Shown here in pieces: positions 11,191 to 25,085 of a DNA stretch of 37,944 nt. Made by a program: the position numbers and the translations under genes. The stretch is from Welwitschia mirabilis. Its lineage: Eukaryota. Below the pieces are notes generated by a model, which was given only the letters and a program-made list of their open reading frames with translations, was not told where the DNA came from and did not search any database. Each line of letters opens with the position of its first letter. Within the stretch, counting starts at the first letter, position 1. The stretch spans positions 38,889,496 through 38,927,439 of the forward strand of contig JBOZIK010000001.1 of assembly GCA_051453625.1 (NCBI GenBank). Reading direction: 5' to 3'.

Positions 11191-12599
11191 GTAAAACTAA
11201 TGCAACAAAAAAAAAAAAAAAAAAATGATCACATGCATGGTTTGCTAAGAAATGAGATAAAGTATAGTTATAAAAAATTCAATTAAGATTATATTCCTTC
11301 TATATCTCTAATAAAATCTTAGCATGGAAAGATTACTTGCAAGCATTTTAAATATCAGATCTTACAAACCTAATTTGATAAAGGGATGAATGATAAAAAT
11401 TATCTATAAAATCATTTGTTATACTTATATACATTCATTGAATTTATATATATTTTCAAATAGGAAATTGATGTGATTAACGATACATAAAACATTAAGT
11501 GAAAATCAACAATTTTATACTTTTTGAATATGAAATGACGTTATTACAAGAATAAGATTTATGATGGTTAATTATAAATTAAATAATATATATTAATCAA
11601 TAAAATGAACTAATACAATCATGTATATTTAAATGAGTAAAAAGCAAATCACAATTTTATTAAATTTGACTGTAATTCATGAGAAATAAATGATAGAAAT
11701 GTGTGAATTTAGGCATAAAATTAGAAAATAGTTACTAATTAAATTCCTTGATGGATATAGTAGATTTAACAAGCATAAAACTAAATATAAATTTTATTTT
11801 AAACTGTGTATCCTAGGCGGTTGACCCTTGGTCATGATCAATCATCCCTACGTCTAAAGATAATAATTCATCGTAGGCTAGTTAACCATTAACTATTCCC
11901 TTTGGCATTCTTATCCTATAAAGCTTTGTTTTCCACTTAATGATACTGGATTTACTCTTTTTTTTTATGTACTTTAATGCATTTTCCTTGGGATAGTTTT
12001 TACTCAGTTTGAACTTCAAGCTTTAATGAGGATTCCTAAAATGAAACATTCACATCATCAATTGACTTTGTTTATAATTTGGTTTATCATCAATAGATAA
12101 TTAGAATATTTAATAATATCCTTCTTTATCATTAATGATAATGAATTTTATTTATAGTACCTTTCCTCCTAACTCTACGCTTCCCTTACACCTAATAATT
12201 TCTTACATAGTGTATTAAATGGGTACACTTAGGTCAAAGTGAATAAAAATTTATATAAAAATAGCACACTTGTAAGGTAATGTAGATACATGAAAGGCTT
12301 ATAAAGTCTAAGTATATATTTATAATTTCTACGATATCCTCATATTCATGATTGTGAGCCTATCAAGGTTTTCAAAGAATATAAAATATAAACTAATATT
12401 TACTATATATTAAGTAGGAAGACATTAAGATAACTATTTATAATATATGTTTAGTTTATGCTCTTCCACTTTATCATCAAGGACAATGGCAGATGTGCAA
12501 AAGAGTAGAAAAGTACATAAACTCTTATAAAATGAAATTATATCACTTAAATGATAACATAAAATATATGAACATAATAAAATGTATAATCAAAATCTA

Positions 12600-13950
12600 T
12601 CTCAGAGTCACTCAAATGTATAGTATCTTCACTAGGTGAAGAACTCTTTACATTAGTAACTGTGTTTTCATGATGGTACAAGAAGGCTATGGAGATGCAA
12701 CATCACTAGATGTAAGATGCCTCCAAAGGTAGTAAAGTTGAGGCTCCTAGGAGTATGGAGTGATAGTATCTATTTTTGTTATTGGATTCTCTAGATGATG
12801 TACCTCCTATTTGTCACTACCCTATAGCTATTCTTCATCTGAATTAGACTCTAAAAGATTAGGAGGAGGAGAGTACTCTGATGTCTTTAAATAGAATGAT
12901 GCTATTAATGAAACAACTTCTAACTTGATCACTTCATAATATACTTTATACTATGCAAAATGCATGTTAGGTGTCATAATTATTGGGCTTATTCATACTA
13001 ATCTGTGACTATCTACTCAAGTACATCCATAATAAGATTAGTAAAATTTTAGTACCTAGTGTAGTATGATGATGTCCCACTTTCTTAAGTATTAACATGA
13101 TACTCTAGAGGAAATAAAGTAGTAGGTCATATTTCAAACATCTTTGTCCTAACTAATTTAGATTGATCAATGGGTTTCAATGGCTAAAGAATTTTCACAT
13201 TTATATGAGATAAAGAAATATGAAATTGGTTACATAAATCCGTTACTAGTATATTATAGCACATCATATATTTAAAAATAATGATGGGTGCATCTACTCT
13301 TATTCTAAAATAAATCTAGTGAAAACATTAGAGAGCATATGAAGTCACCTCATATCTACATTCTTCTGATAATACGATGATACATCTAAAGATGAGATTG
13401 AGTACCTGGTATATCATTAGGAGATGCACTGATTTAAACATTAGGGTTAAGTACTAATCAAAATCCTTTTCACCCAACTCATAGATATGGTTAAACCCAA
13501 ACAGATGGTAAAATTTACTAAAGATAATATCATGCACTCCTTAACAAGGAATATCTAGTACTTCTACAATGCCATTAAGAGTAACTTTGAATTTGATTCC
13601 TAAATTATTTGTCTTAAGTACATGTTTTTTCTATAGATACCACCTTTTCATTGGCATAAAATAGACTAACCCCTCTGCACAAACTTAAGAATTAAGCTTT
13701 AAAGGTGGTTTTCATATTTAATATTGGAACATTTCAAGAATAGTATTTCTTAAAGATCTAAATTTTTCAACTTATATATCCTATTCTTTGAGAATTATCT
13801 TATTCATAAATTCATTTTTAAATTTGATTTTATCTAAATGTGACATTATAGCACATAGGTTGACATTTCTAATTCTTGATGACCTTGATATTTTTACTTC
13901 TTTTTCCTTTAAGAAAGCACTAAAGGAAACTCCACCTATTTTCTAAAGGA
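12600..13950 (-). pseudogene. Sirevirus env-like (extra) ORF remnant
   Basis: LFYANEKVVS...LGIKFKVTLNGIVEVLDIPC*G and IFKYMMCYNILVTDLCNQFHISL resemble the FYAN...I..IL.IP..G extra ORF; position between RNase H and PPT is typical. Boundaries approximate. Confidence 0.55.
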
Positions 13951-15039
13951 ACTATTCGCATTTAAAAATTAAGCATTAGTATAAGAAGAGAAAACTAATA
14001 GAAGGTACATAAGATAATGCAATTATAATTTATATAATGAGTGCTAGATAAAGAATAATCATTACCAACTAATTTGATTAATCAATAATGTTGAGTAAAA
14101 ATATGGTTATCTTAAGAAATAAATAGCATAAAAATTTTGTGAAAGACTTAGCATGCAAACTAAATAAAAAGAGATGAAATATAATTGAAACTATTTAAAA
14201 AGCATTACATTTTTTAAAATAATAAGATAAGTAGTTAAGTATTAAGATAGATAAAAATAATAAGATTTGTAAATCAAATTTTGAGTGAAATAAACTAAAA
14301 GTGTAGTTGATAAGACATAACAAAACTCTTACTTAGAAATAAAAATTTAAATAATCTAAACTTACTATAGTTTAGATAAATGAGCATGTGTTAAGTAAAG
14401 AGATTAAAAAGCAAATGAGTTGCAAACGTTGGGATAAGGAAAACCCATTAAAAATGTAAGAAATATTAAAAACTATTATTTTTGAATAAAAAATAACATA
14501 CATTTAACAACACCAATTAATAGAAATTATTCAAAAGAGATAGCCTTTAATATTATTAAGAAAATGTATAGGGTCTTAGATGATAAAAAAGTTGAAAGAA
14601 ATCACTTAAGGATACAGGAAAGCCATAGGAGAAAACTAAATTAGTTAGAAATAAGAAATTGTTTTTCAAATTTATAGGTTTTCTATATTGATCGATTCCT
14701 AGGATTAGAAATTCAACCATTTTAATACTAGAAATTTATATTTGGTTATGGATTTTTGATTAGTCAAGAATCGACATTAATTAACTACATATGAAAGAGA
14801 ACTAATAAAAATTGAGAGTAGATGATTGACCATCTACACAGTGGTAGTCAACTAAAGCATAATACAAAATAATTTGAATGACATCTAATCAACTAAGAAA
14901 ACAATTTTAATCGACTAGATAAGACTTATAAAGTTTTATAAGATAAAGAAGTTCACTCATCTTTTAACTTGTAATCAACTGACTAAATTATAAAATAGAA
15001 ATTAATTCAAAGATTAAGATAAATGAATTAAAAATTTTA

Positions 15040-17200
15040 GAGGTAAGATTTATGATTAAGAGATTTACATAGGTACATAAATCAATCTTAAGGTAAAGGA
15101 TTAGTGAGATATATGGATAACTGATGTTTAGTTGAGACATACTCAAGATGAATATCTTTATTTTTGACATGATAATGGTCAAAATGGTATCTAATATCAA
15201 TTTGTTTAATGCTAGAGTAAAGGAAAATATTATTTAAGATGGTTATGGCACTAGAGTCGTTATAATAGATTGATTTATTAGATTCATTAATATTTAGATC
15301 TTACAATACATGTTGAAACCACAATAGTTAGGCTACATAGATATCGGCTGAGACACACTCAACTTTAGTCATGAATAAGAAAGCTGAGTTAACTAGCCTA
15401 ACTAATTAAGCAAAATCCTATAAAACAATAATGTCCTAGTACTTTTTCCATTTTTTCAAAAACCAACCAAATTAGTATCACAATAAGTGAATAAATATGA
15501 ACTTAAATCCATAAAAAACCAAATACCATAATCTAAAGTAGAATTAGCATACCTTAAAATTCTTTTTATGGTTCTTAAATGATATTATTTGGGTTTAGAT
15601 TGATACCTAACACATAATTCAATAGACAAAATAATGTTTAGACTACTTGTAGTGAAGGGAAGAAGACTATTGATCATATTTTGACATTGCTTTATATCTA
15701 CATTCTTGCCATTTTGGTCCACATCCATCTTGTAATTTGTACCCATGGAAGTAGATATTACCTTACTTTTATCCATTTTGAATTTCTTCATGAATTCATT
15801 GCAAACATTTATTGAGATAAGAATACTACAACTTCGAATTACTTAATCTATACTAAAAGAATTATTTATAGCCCACCTATATAACTCATTTTAAAATGGT
15901 TAGTTATTAACTTACAAAATCATGAGTTAATGGGTTAAGAGTGGAATCAAAAATTTTATCATCTACATAAATTTTCACTATAAGAATATCATATTTAATT
16001 CTCTTTACAAATAAAGTTTTATCTCCTTTACCTCTAATAAAGTCATGTTTAAATAAAAATAAGTTTGTCTTCTCATACCATGCTTTAGGTACTTGTTTTA
16101 ATCCACATAAAACCTTAAAAAATCTATAGACATAATTAAGATATTATGATTCTTGAAAATAAGTATTTTGCTCAACATGCACTAATTCATTTAAATTTCC
16201 ATTCAAAAATTCACTTTTGACATTTATTTAATAAAGTTTTAAAAAAAAGATATAGTAAGGAAATATTCTACTAAATTCTACTTTAGCTGGCAAAGAAAAA
16301 GTTTCTTTAGAATCAAAAACTTCCATTTGGATGAATCCTTATTTCACTGACAATTTTGTATGTTTGATAACTTCAAAAATTTCATTTAAATTATTCTTGA
16401 AAAACCATTTCATTTTAATGACATTATGATCTCTAATCTAAGTACAAGTTTTGATACATTATTCTTCTTAAATTGATTATTCTTATCTTACATAGCATTC
16501 ATTTAGCANNNNNNNNNNNNNNNNNNNNNNNNNNNNNNNNNNNNNNNNNNNNNNNNNNNNNNNNNNNNNNNNNNNNNNNNNNNNNNNNNNNNNNNNNNNN
16601 NNNNNNNNGTCATATTTAATTCTTTTTACAAATAAGGTTTTATCTACTTTACCTCTAATAAAGTCATGTTTAAATAAAAATGAGGTTATCTTTTCATACC
16701 ATGCTAAAGGTACTTGTTTCTACTCTCATAAAACCTTTTACAACCTATAGATATAATTAAGATACTATAATTTTTGAAAATAAGTATTTTGCTTAACATA
16801 CACTAATTCATTTAAATTTCCATTCAAAAATGCACTTTTAACATCCATTTGATAAAGTTTTAAAAACAAGATATAGTAAGCTAATATTCTACTAAATTCC
16901 ACTTTAGCTAGTAAAGAAAAAGTTTCTTTAGAATCAACAAATTTCATTTAGATGAATCCTTATGTTACTAACAATTTTTTATGTTTGATAACTTCAAAAC
17001 TTTCATTCAAATTATTCTTGAAAAACCATTTCATTCCATTGACATTATGATATCTAGTCTAAGTACAAGTTTTGATACATTATTCTTCTTAAATTGATTA
17101 TTCTCATCTTGCATAACATTAATTTAGCATTTATCATTCTTAGCTTCTTGAAAGATCTTAGGCTCAAGAGTTGATATAAAATACACATTAATGAAGATTA
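15040..17200 (-). pseudogene. pol: Copia reverse transcriptase and RNase H remnant
   Basis: ORF 16765-16947 has ETFS...LYQMDVKSAFLNG.LNE.VYVKQ; ORF 15585-15791 has KKFKMDKSK.IST.M...MINSLL..T.S..I...CVRYQSKPK; RNase H motif IKQIDIRYHF near 15190-15215. Confidence 0.93.
16509..16608. other. Assembly gap (100 N)
   Basis: N run; others at 21551-21650, 31619-31718 (100 N each) and 32680-32708 (29 N). Confidence 1.
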
Positions 17201-17459
17201 ATCTTTTTTTATTTACTTCATTGAAAACATCACAAATGCATAAATCTATAGGTATATCTTTTGGAACTATAGTGTCTTTTAACTAATGTTAAGAAGTTGA
17301 TCTAATTAAGTGCTTAGGTAAAGGAGGAGGACTATAGAATACTAACATTGGAGCTTAAGTGTTTGAATTAATTATATTAGAATTTATTTCAACTTCATCT
17401 TCTTCTTCATTATTTCTTTCCCTTTTTTAATCAAGTTCTACATGGATACATTCCTTCAC

Positions 17460-17830
17460 TTTACCAAAGTGAGAGTTTTATTCCCTATGAGCTTTCTTAT
17501 CTTTGAATAACTAGTAAAAGTACCTTCTATACCCTTGAAATCAAACTTTTTAATATATCTATTAGGATATAACACTTTCTTCTAAAGACTTTAAAGTATA
17601 AAACATTTGGATCTTACCTTGACATAGCTCATATGTTATCCTTATCAAACATAACTTAGGGAAAGTATAGTTAGAAATGTAGCAAGCAGTGTTAATATCT
17701 TTAGTCTAAAATCTCTTTGGTTAGATTCCTTTTCTATAACACGGTATTATTTCTTTCTTATATAACTCCATTTTTCCTTTTGATGAAGCCTGAATTTTGA
17801 ATAAAATAAGGTATTAATACTCATTATTTT
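17460..17830 (-). pseudogene. pol: Copia integrase C-terminal half
   Basis: Remnants of QNGVVERKN, INTACYISN, TYEL..G, FKVF..KCY, KFD.K..EG.F..YS. Confidence 0.8.
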
Positions 17831-20800
17831 TCATTACTTTTCAAATTTTAATACTGCATTTATAGTTATTTTTTGCACTTTTTAGGTGGCAAGGATCCTG
17901 GACATTCAATGAGCTCAAAATGGTGTACTATGATCTAGTTAAAGGCTCTTCATGATGCTTGTGATTGAAGATTGAGATCGAGGGAGAAAGTGCAAAGCAT
18001 GAACGACTACTTTAATGTAGTAGCTTTATAGATGATTCATAGTTCCTTTTTCATCATCATATATCATCCTCTTACTGATGCAATGACTTTGACTCATTAT
18101 GACACTAGATGCATGATATTAAATGATGTCATAGCATTTTAAGACATTAGTACCTTGGAAAATTACATTTCAAGAGTTATAATTTGTACATTTATAGTTA
18201 TATTTAGTTGAATTTAATGATTTCATTTGTTAAAAGCCTAAAAAGATAAAATTAGATTAAATTTGGTTTTGAAATTTTAGGTAGTTATTTGTTAAACTAC
18301 CTGTGAGGCTACTAATTTCAAGAGTACAATGGCACTACAGTATCACATGATAGATTTGTCTAATATGACATGAATCACATGTGGAAATGTGATGGTTATG
18401 GTAATTCCTTGGCCTACAATAGACTCAACTACACCCATAAAGTTCCCTCTTAATTTCCAAACTTAGATAATAATGTTATTATACCATTTGTATGCCATTT
18501 GAACTAAGCCTTTGCATGTTCCTTATAAGAAGTTTTGATGTTTCAAAGCAACTGCAAGAAAAATTTTTGACAATGATATTGACATAATCTAAATAGTTTT
18601 GTAGACACAATCACAAAGATTAATATCTGCTTTATAGTCTCACTGGTTAATAATGCATGTAACTATTTTTTAATGGTTATGTAACTCTTTTATGTGGATC
18701 TTTATTATCCATAGAAATCTAGATTGATTATTTTCTAGTTATAAAACTTCCCCCAATTCTAATAGATTTTCTCTAGAAAAAATATTTCTCTTATAGGTTA
18801 TTCCTTTTATTTTCAAAATCATAGAAATTTTTTTCAGAAATATGATTTAATTAGTTTTAAGATAAAACAATTTTATGTCATCAAAAATAAAAACTAAACT
18901 GAGCATAGGATTCCAATATGGTGTTAAGGATTATAGATAAACTTATTATACTCTATAATATCAGACTAGGCAGGTATTATAAGGATATTTTCTATCATAT
19001 TTCTCTCACATTTCTTCACTTCCAAGTTGGTCTTATTCTATATCAACTTTGAAATCCTTCTACATTATTCATTCACATATTTTACTATCACATAAATCCA
19101 TTTTCATCCTCCTAAACCCTTTTACATTCCATTTTCCATCATCTTTCGTCATATTTTTATCCATTCGGAGGGCATTGTAAGGGTGGTTAAGTGCATGTGG
19201 TCAGTAGTGTAAGAGGAGGAGAAGGCATTAAATCTTATAAGCAACTAGATTAAAGACTAATGAAAAGAGATATGAGTTCATCTCAAACCAGTAAGTGATA
19301 TTTTCCTTTTCTTTTTATTTCTTTTACTACTTGTTTTCTGCATTTGTATGATGATTTTCTTTCAATTTACTTAGATTTTTTATAATATGTTCCATAATTA
19401 GTGCTAATTATATTTTTATACATTTAGTACCTATTATGGCAATCTAATATTTTGCATGATTGGTTAGTCTTTGTCAAAATAAATCATATGTTTTATTCCT
19501 CTTATTTCTTCTTTCCTCTGTTCTTCTCATTTTCTAGTACATTTTCTTACAATTCCACCTTTGTTATAAGGAAAATGATGATGAATTCTATTTTTTCATT
19601 TCTAATAGTAATAGATTGTTTTGTATGTTATTTATATTTCTTTAAGATAAAAATTATTTCTTTTTGCATGAATTATTTTGTCTCATTTTTTTCTTCTCAA
19701 AATCAAAGTACTATAGTGAATTTTAGTAATTGTTTTAACCATAATACTTTTTCTACAACTCCAATGGTTTTGAAATTTTATCAATAGCTTCCTCTGATGA
19801 TTTAGTAAATTTATTTTCTAATTAGATAGAATCCAAATTTGGCCTCTAAAACCCCTTTTTTGGTCATTTACAGTCAAAGTTGTAGTTTTACTTTAAAAAC
19901 ATTTTTGAACTATCAAATCTTAATTTTCTTGATTTTGCAAAGTGCATTTCTCTATGATTATTGATATGTTTTTAAAAATTTAAGCCTTTATCCTATAGTA
20001 TGTCTTGTGTAAATTTAGAATATGAAATCCATTTTTTCTCAAGTTTTATAATTTTCTCAATATTCTTAATCAAATTAGAGTTAACTGTAATTTTTGCAGG
20101 TTTTGCTAGATAAATTGTTTCTATCGTTTTTAATTGATTCTATTCGATCTTGAATGTTTGACTTTATAAAATTTCTTAATGACATATTCTGAGTATTTTA
20201 AAGGTTTTGAGATTTTATAAGTCTAGTTTTTTAAATTTTCTCTGTTCCTTTTCTCTCTCTTCTTCCTTCCTCTTATTATTAGTCAAAAGTAGCTTGAAAT
20301 TAACTATGTGCCACTTTGATTTCATAAACATTCACATGCTAGTTTAAATCAATCATCTATTAATTTAAATATAGTTTATATGTTTTAATTTATTTATAAT
20401 TCATTCAAAATAAGTAAATAGATATCTTTCATGTCCAATGTATCAAAATTTACTAAAAATCTTATTTGGAAATCTTATTAAAGTTAAATGGTTTACTATG
20501 TTGATTTGAAAAATATAGCTTTTCAAGTGCTATCTTTTAATTCTATGTTGTTTTACATTTTATCTAAAATGGAATAAAATTTTTGCATTATGTAATTACA
20601 TCCATATGATATGATTTCAAATAGTGAACTTTCCAAAAAACTTTTTTTTGTATGGAAACAAATTTGATAGATTTGAATGTTTAATTTATCTTGCTTATTT
20701 GTTTGAGTTATAACTAATCTTTAGAATCTTAGTGAATGTTTATAATAGATTATTTCTTCTTATTTTATTTTATTTTCTTTTTTACATCTCCTGAAATGAC

Positions 20801-23800
20801 ATTTTTACACATGAAATCCTTTATGATAATTTTTAGTCATGTGTCACATAAAATAAATACTTCTTTTATCATGTAAAGTGATATTTTGATAAGGTAATAT
20901 TCAAATTGTCATATGAATTCATGTCAAGTGTTCCATTGGTTCCATACTCATGTGCTTCCACTACATATGCAATTTAACCCTAAAGATTTCTTTGTGCTTT
21001 AATTTGTACTTTTTATACTTGACTTTCTTTTCCTAAGTTGAATTATTATACTTAGTGAATATTTATTTTTGGAAAGGCTCAAAGCATGATCTTATTTAAA
21101 AAATTGAGTTTTCCTTCATTTACCTTTCTACAACTCTATTTTATTATGGAGTTATAGGGGCTCAAAATTGTAACATTCCTTTTTCTTAATATAATAACTT
21201 AAATTTTTAATTCTTAAACTCTCCATTAGTATTGCTTCTCATTATTTTAATGTTGTAATTAATTTCATTTTTGAGTATCTTACAGAAAAAACTTAAATTT
21301 ACCAAAAGCATCACCCTTGTGCCTAAGGAATAACACCAAAGAAAATATAGAATATTCATTAGCCGTTACTAAAATATATTTTATATTACCAATAATTTTA
21401 AGAGGGGGATGATCTACTATCTCTAAGTGGAATAAATTTAGAGGTTTTTAAGATTTTACTAGATTAGTCCTATTAAAACTTTTGTTAGTTTTCTTGTCTA
21501 ATTGACAAGAATAACAAACTTCTCCTTTCAATTTATTAATTTTAAATAGGNNNNNNNNNNNNNNNNNNNNNNNNNNNNNNNNNNNNNNNNNNNNNNNNNN
21601 NNNNNNNNNNNNNNNNNNNNNNNNNNNNNNNNNNNNNNNNNNNNNNNNNNGATTACCCTTATTAAAACTTTCCTTAGTTTGCTTGTCTAATTAACAAGCA
21701 TAACAAACTTCTCCTTTCACTTTATTAATTTTAGATAGATCTTTGACTAGAACATGTTTAGCTATGTTATATAAATTTTTATGGTTGAGACGTTTTAGTA
21801 TTTTATTTTACAATCTACTTTCATTTGTGATAATGAAAGAAAAGAATTTACTGTCTAATAATTACTTAATTAAATATACATTTTTATCTCTACTACTTAA
21901 AGTACCACTCTATCAGTCTTATCTAAAACATGACATTTACAAGCTATCTATATCATAGGTTTGGTTGATGCTGAGAAAACTGTGCTTCATTACATTTACA
22001 TGGTGAAAATTGTAAATGATGGAAAAATAATTACCTCTAATACTTCCTATGCCTTCAACTTGTGCTTTCCTATTATCTCCAAATGTAACACTCCTTCATC
22101 ACATTTCTTCATGTTTATAAATATTCTTATACCTCTAATTATATGTCTTAAATAACCACTATTAAAATCTTAATGAACTTTACTAGTGAAAAATAAAGTA
22201 GTATAAATCAATAAACTTTCATATGTTTTATCATTACTCCATATTTTATTGAAATAAGGTTTCTTTTAAATGAATTGGAAATCTAACATACTACCAAACT
22301 TTGAAAACAAGTTACTATAATAACAGGCTATGGAAAACCTATTAAAAAAGTAATAAAGGAAAGCCTTCTACTTTTTGGTTTAAATTCAATATTTACAACA
22401 TAAGATTGAGCACTAGATGATTTGAGATTCCTAACAAATGATACTTTACCATTTGAGAGGAAGAATAACTTGCTAGAAGATGTTAGTGCAAAAGTTAAGA
22501 AGAGATAAGGCACATATCCTAACCTACTCTTATCATGAAGTTACCTTTATTTGATAAGAATCCTACTCAAGGTATTATTTCCTATAAAAAAAAATTTAAA
22601 ATAATATTATGAAGTTCATTAACCCTATTTAATAAAGACTTGCATTTCTCCTTTATTACTTTAGTAACATCTTGAAAATATTTGATTCTTTACTTATAAT
22701 ATGAGATTATATGTGTTTATTTCATCCTTATATGATCTAGTTAGTCTAATATATATTTTCTTTATTCTTCAATTTTGTCAATATCCTTTTTGAGAACCAC
22801 ATTTTCTTTTAATATATTCTTTCTTTTTTTTTTAGATTTCCTCATAAACCTCCTTAATGATATCGTCATATTCATCTTTATATTCTACTTTCTTATCCTT
22901 TTTTTCTCTATTGCAATTTTAAAAATCTTCTTCATCATCATCATCACATAATAATCATCATTGTTTTTATCACCTAAAAGATTTAAGAATTTTTTCAACT
23001 TATGCTGATAAGAGTTAGATATATTAAAATTATCATTCAATATTGATAAAAAAGAAAAATTGTTAAAAATGAATGTCATTAAGGATAACCTCTTATCATT
23101 GTGTGCCTATTTGCTATCTAAATTAGTGTCACTACCTAAGGTAGCAACACTACATTTATTCGTCATTTATTTTGAAGTCTTTTTTTTTTTAGGTTATTTG
23201 GGAAATTAGCCATGATGTATCCAAGCCTTTAGAAGCCTAACACTTAATTCCTTTTTTATCTAACTTATCTATGAAATTAGATGATGTTAAATCATATTGT
23301 TTTCTCACAAAATCTTTTTTATTTCTTTATTTCTCATGTGCAAGCATTCTACTGAAATTTTTAGTGAATAAAGTAAATTTCTTATCTAAATCTAAGTTGA
23401 AATCTAATGAATATGAACTAAGTATATTATTTCTAGATTTAGAATGTAGAATTTCATTTTCATTTAATGCCATAATGTTTCCTCTATTATCTTTATGCAG
23501 ATGACTTAATTTAAAAGTGAGGATATCACTTATTAACTTCTTAAACTTGATGTTATAAAGGTTTTTGTGTTTTTTATTTATAAAATATTTCTTTTATGAC
23601 CCTTGGGAAGAGACCTTAGAACATTTTCTATAATTTACCTAGATGAAAGACATTCATCAAGACTTCACAAGCCATTTACCCTTGAAATGAGTAAGGGTCA
23701 CATCATATTGCATCCAAATTTGTTTGAATAAGGTCATAAGAATTTGCTTATTAATCATCTTAATTTATCTTATTTCTTCATATGTTAACTATCTAAAATA

Positions 23801-24145
23801 TCTTTAGTAATAGTAAAATTTCTTACCTTCTTGTAGTATTTTGGATTTAGTCCATAACAAATAGCATGCATAGCCTTTTCATTAAGCATGACATTATAAT
23901 TGTTCCTAATTTTCCATTTTCTTATTTCTTTGATAACTAACATATTAATACCATTAATAATCTTACAATATTTGAGGATGTAAAACCTTATTCCACCACT
24001 ATCTAATAGTTAAAGCTTATTACCTTGCTTGACTTCTAAAATTAATAGTTATTATCACTGGAGTAAAGAGGATAGTTTACAAGTGGTCCTTCCATTTTTA
24101 TTTATTTGAAATATACTTAAAAACAAGAACAAATTTCTATAATGT

Positions 24146-24157
24146 GCTCTTATACCA
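24146..24157 (-). promoter_or_regulatory. Primer-binding site (tRNA-iMet), TGGTATAAGAGC
   Basis: 11/12 match, 2 nt after the LTR end CA (CA-AT-TGGTAT..., a SIRE-type junction). Confidence 0.85.
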
Positions 24158-24159
24158 AT

Positions 24160-25085
24160 TGTTAAGATTGGCTATCCTATAGGAAAGGTGATGAATAAGA
24201 TGGCTAAGTTAAATTTGCTTGTGTTAAGAACACTATTAAATTCAATTAATGATATAAAATAAGTTGAGCAAAATTAATACAAAAAGAAATATCAAAGTAG
24301 AAAGCATAAGAAGTAAAGAAAATAAGCCTATTTTGTTTATTTATGAGTGTATCAACCATGACACTTCAATAAAACTTTCTGGTAGTCCTCAACTAATTAT
24401 AATATGATTTTGTGATAATGCTTGTCTTAAATTCCATCACAATGATAATCTTAAATGAAGAAATGAACATAAAAAATTAGATGGTGATGGAATGTTTCTT
24501 TTCTTTCATAAGTTATAATTAAGATGATCAAAAGTATTTGAAAGTATAACAATGGGTTCATTATATATGAATCATGTTTGTCACTATTTCACATCATTAC
24601 TACAAGGTCTGTGACTATTTAGATAAATATAACAGTCATATAAATCATGAAGATCTAGAAAAATGGTCACAATCTATCTATAATAGCTATTTATAGTCTT
24701 TATTTTTCTCATCCAATTTAATATTGGTAGATCCATTAGTAAAGATTAGTCAATTATTTAGGAGGTTGACACTTGATCATGGTTGGCTCATCCCACATCT
24801 AAATATAACATTTCATCATATGCTAGTTGATCCTCAACTATTTCTTAGTTACTTGCCTTTTGCGTCTTTGGAATTCTCATCATTAAAAGATTAGTCATCT
24901 ACCTGATGATACTTGATTAACCTCTTATTGACTTTAATTTTTGCTTTAATTCATTGGCCTTGGTTGAGTATTTACTTAATGTCAACCTCAAGCTTCAAAA
25001 AGGACTTTTGCAAAAAACCAGTCACATTATCATTTGATTTCATTCATAATTTAGTTTATCGTCAATAGACATCAGAAGTGTAGCA
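24160..25085 (-). repeat. 5' LTR of the copia element (TG...CA, ~926 bp)
   Basis: Minus strand begins TGCTAC and ends TTAACA before the PBS; terminal ~320 bp homologous to 11812-12115. Confidence 0.75.

Larger units (their letters stand above)
11812..17850 (-). mobile_element. SIRE/Maximus-type Ty1/copia, 3' half (INT C-terminus, RT, RNase H, env-like ORF, PPT, partial 3' LTR 11812-12115)
   Basis: Copia domain order on the minus strand; an extra ORF between pol and LTR; decayed PPT at 12116-12127 next to the LTR terminus; LTR piece homologous to 24760-25085. Confidence 0.85.
21100..25085 (-). mobile_element. SIRE/Maximus-type Ty1/copia, 5' half (5' LTR, PBS, gag, protease, integrase core)
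   Basis: LTR 24160-25085, PBS, gag (MEG...P.Y...NY; KAMHAICYGL; KQIW; knuckle IKC*ASKG.GYI.ANFP ~23195-23250), protease (FNSGYLRH; VTFGDN ~21930-22170), GAG-pre-integrase and integrase core (KPLNLFHL...KYILVTANEYS...MRSNTNGEF...APITP**NRVVER, 21110-21800). Confidence 0.88.

Noticed and set aside
11207..11225. A19 run as a retroposon tail (also A16 at 1181-1196)
   Set aside because: No upstream LINE/SINE body or TSD visible.
19452..19787. 111-aa Phe-rich ORF
   Set aside because: Translation of T-rich intron-like DNA.
21155..21180. PPT + TGTAACA as a new LTR start
   Set aside because: It is the antisense of the copia integrase FSAPxTP region.
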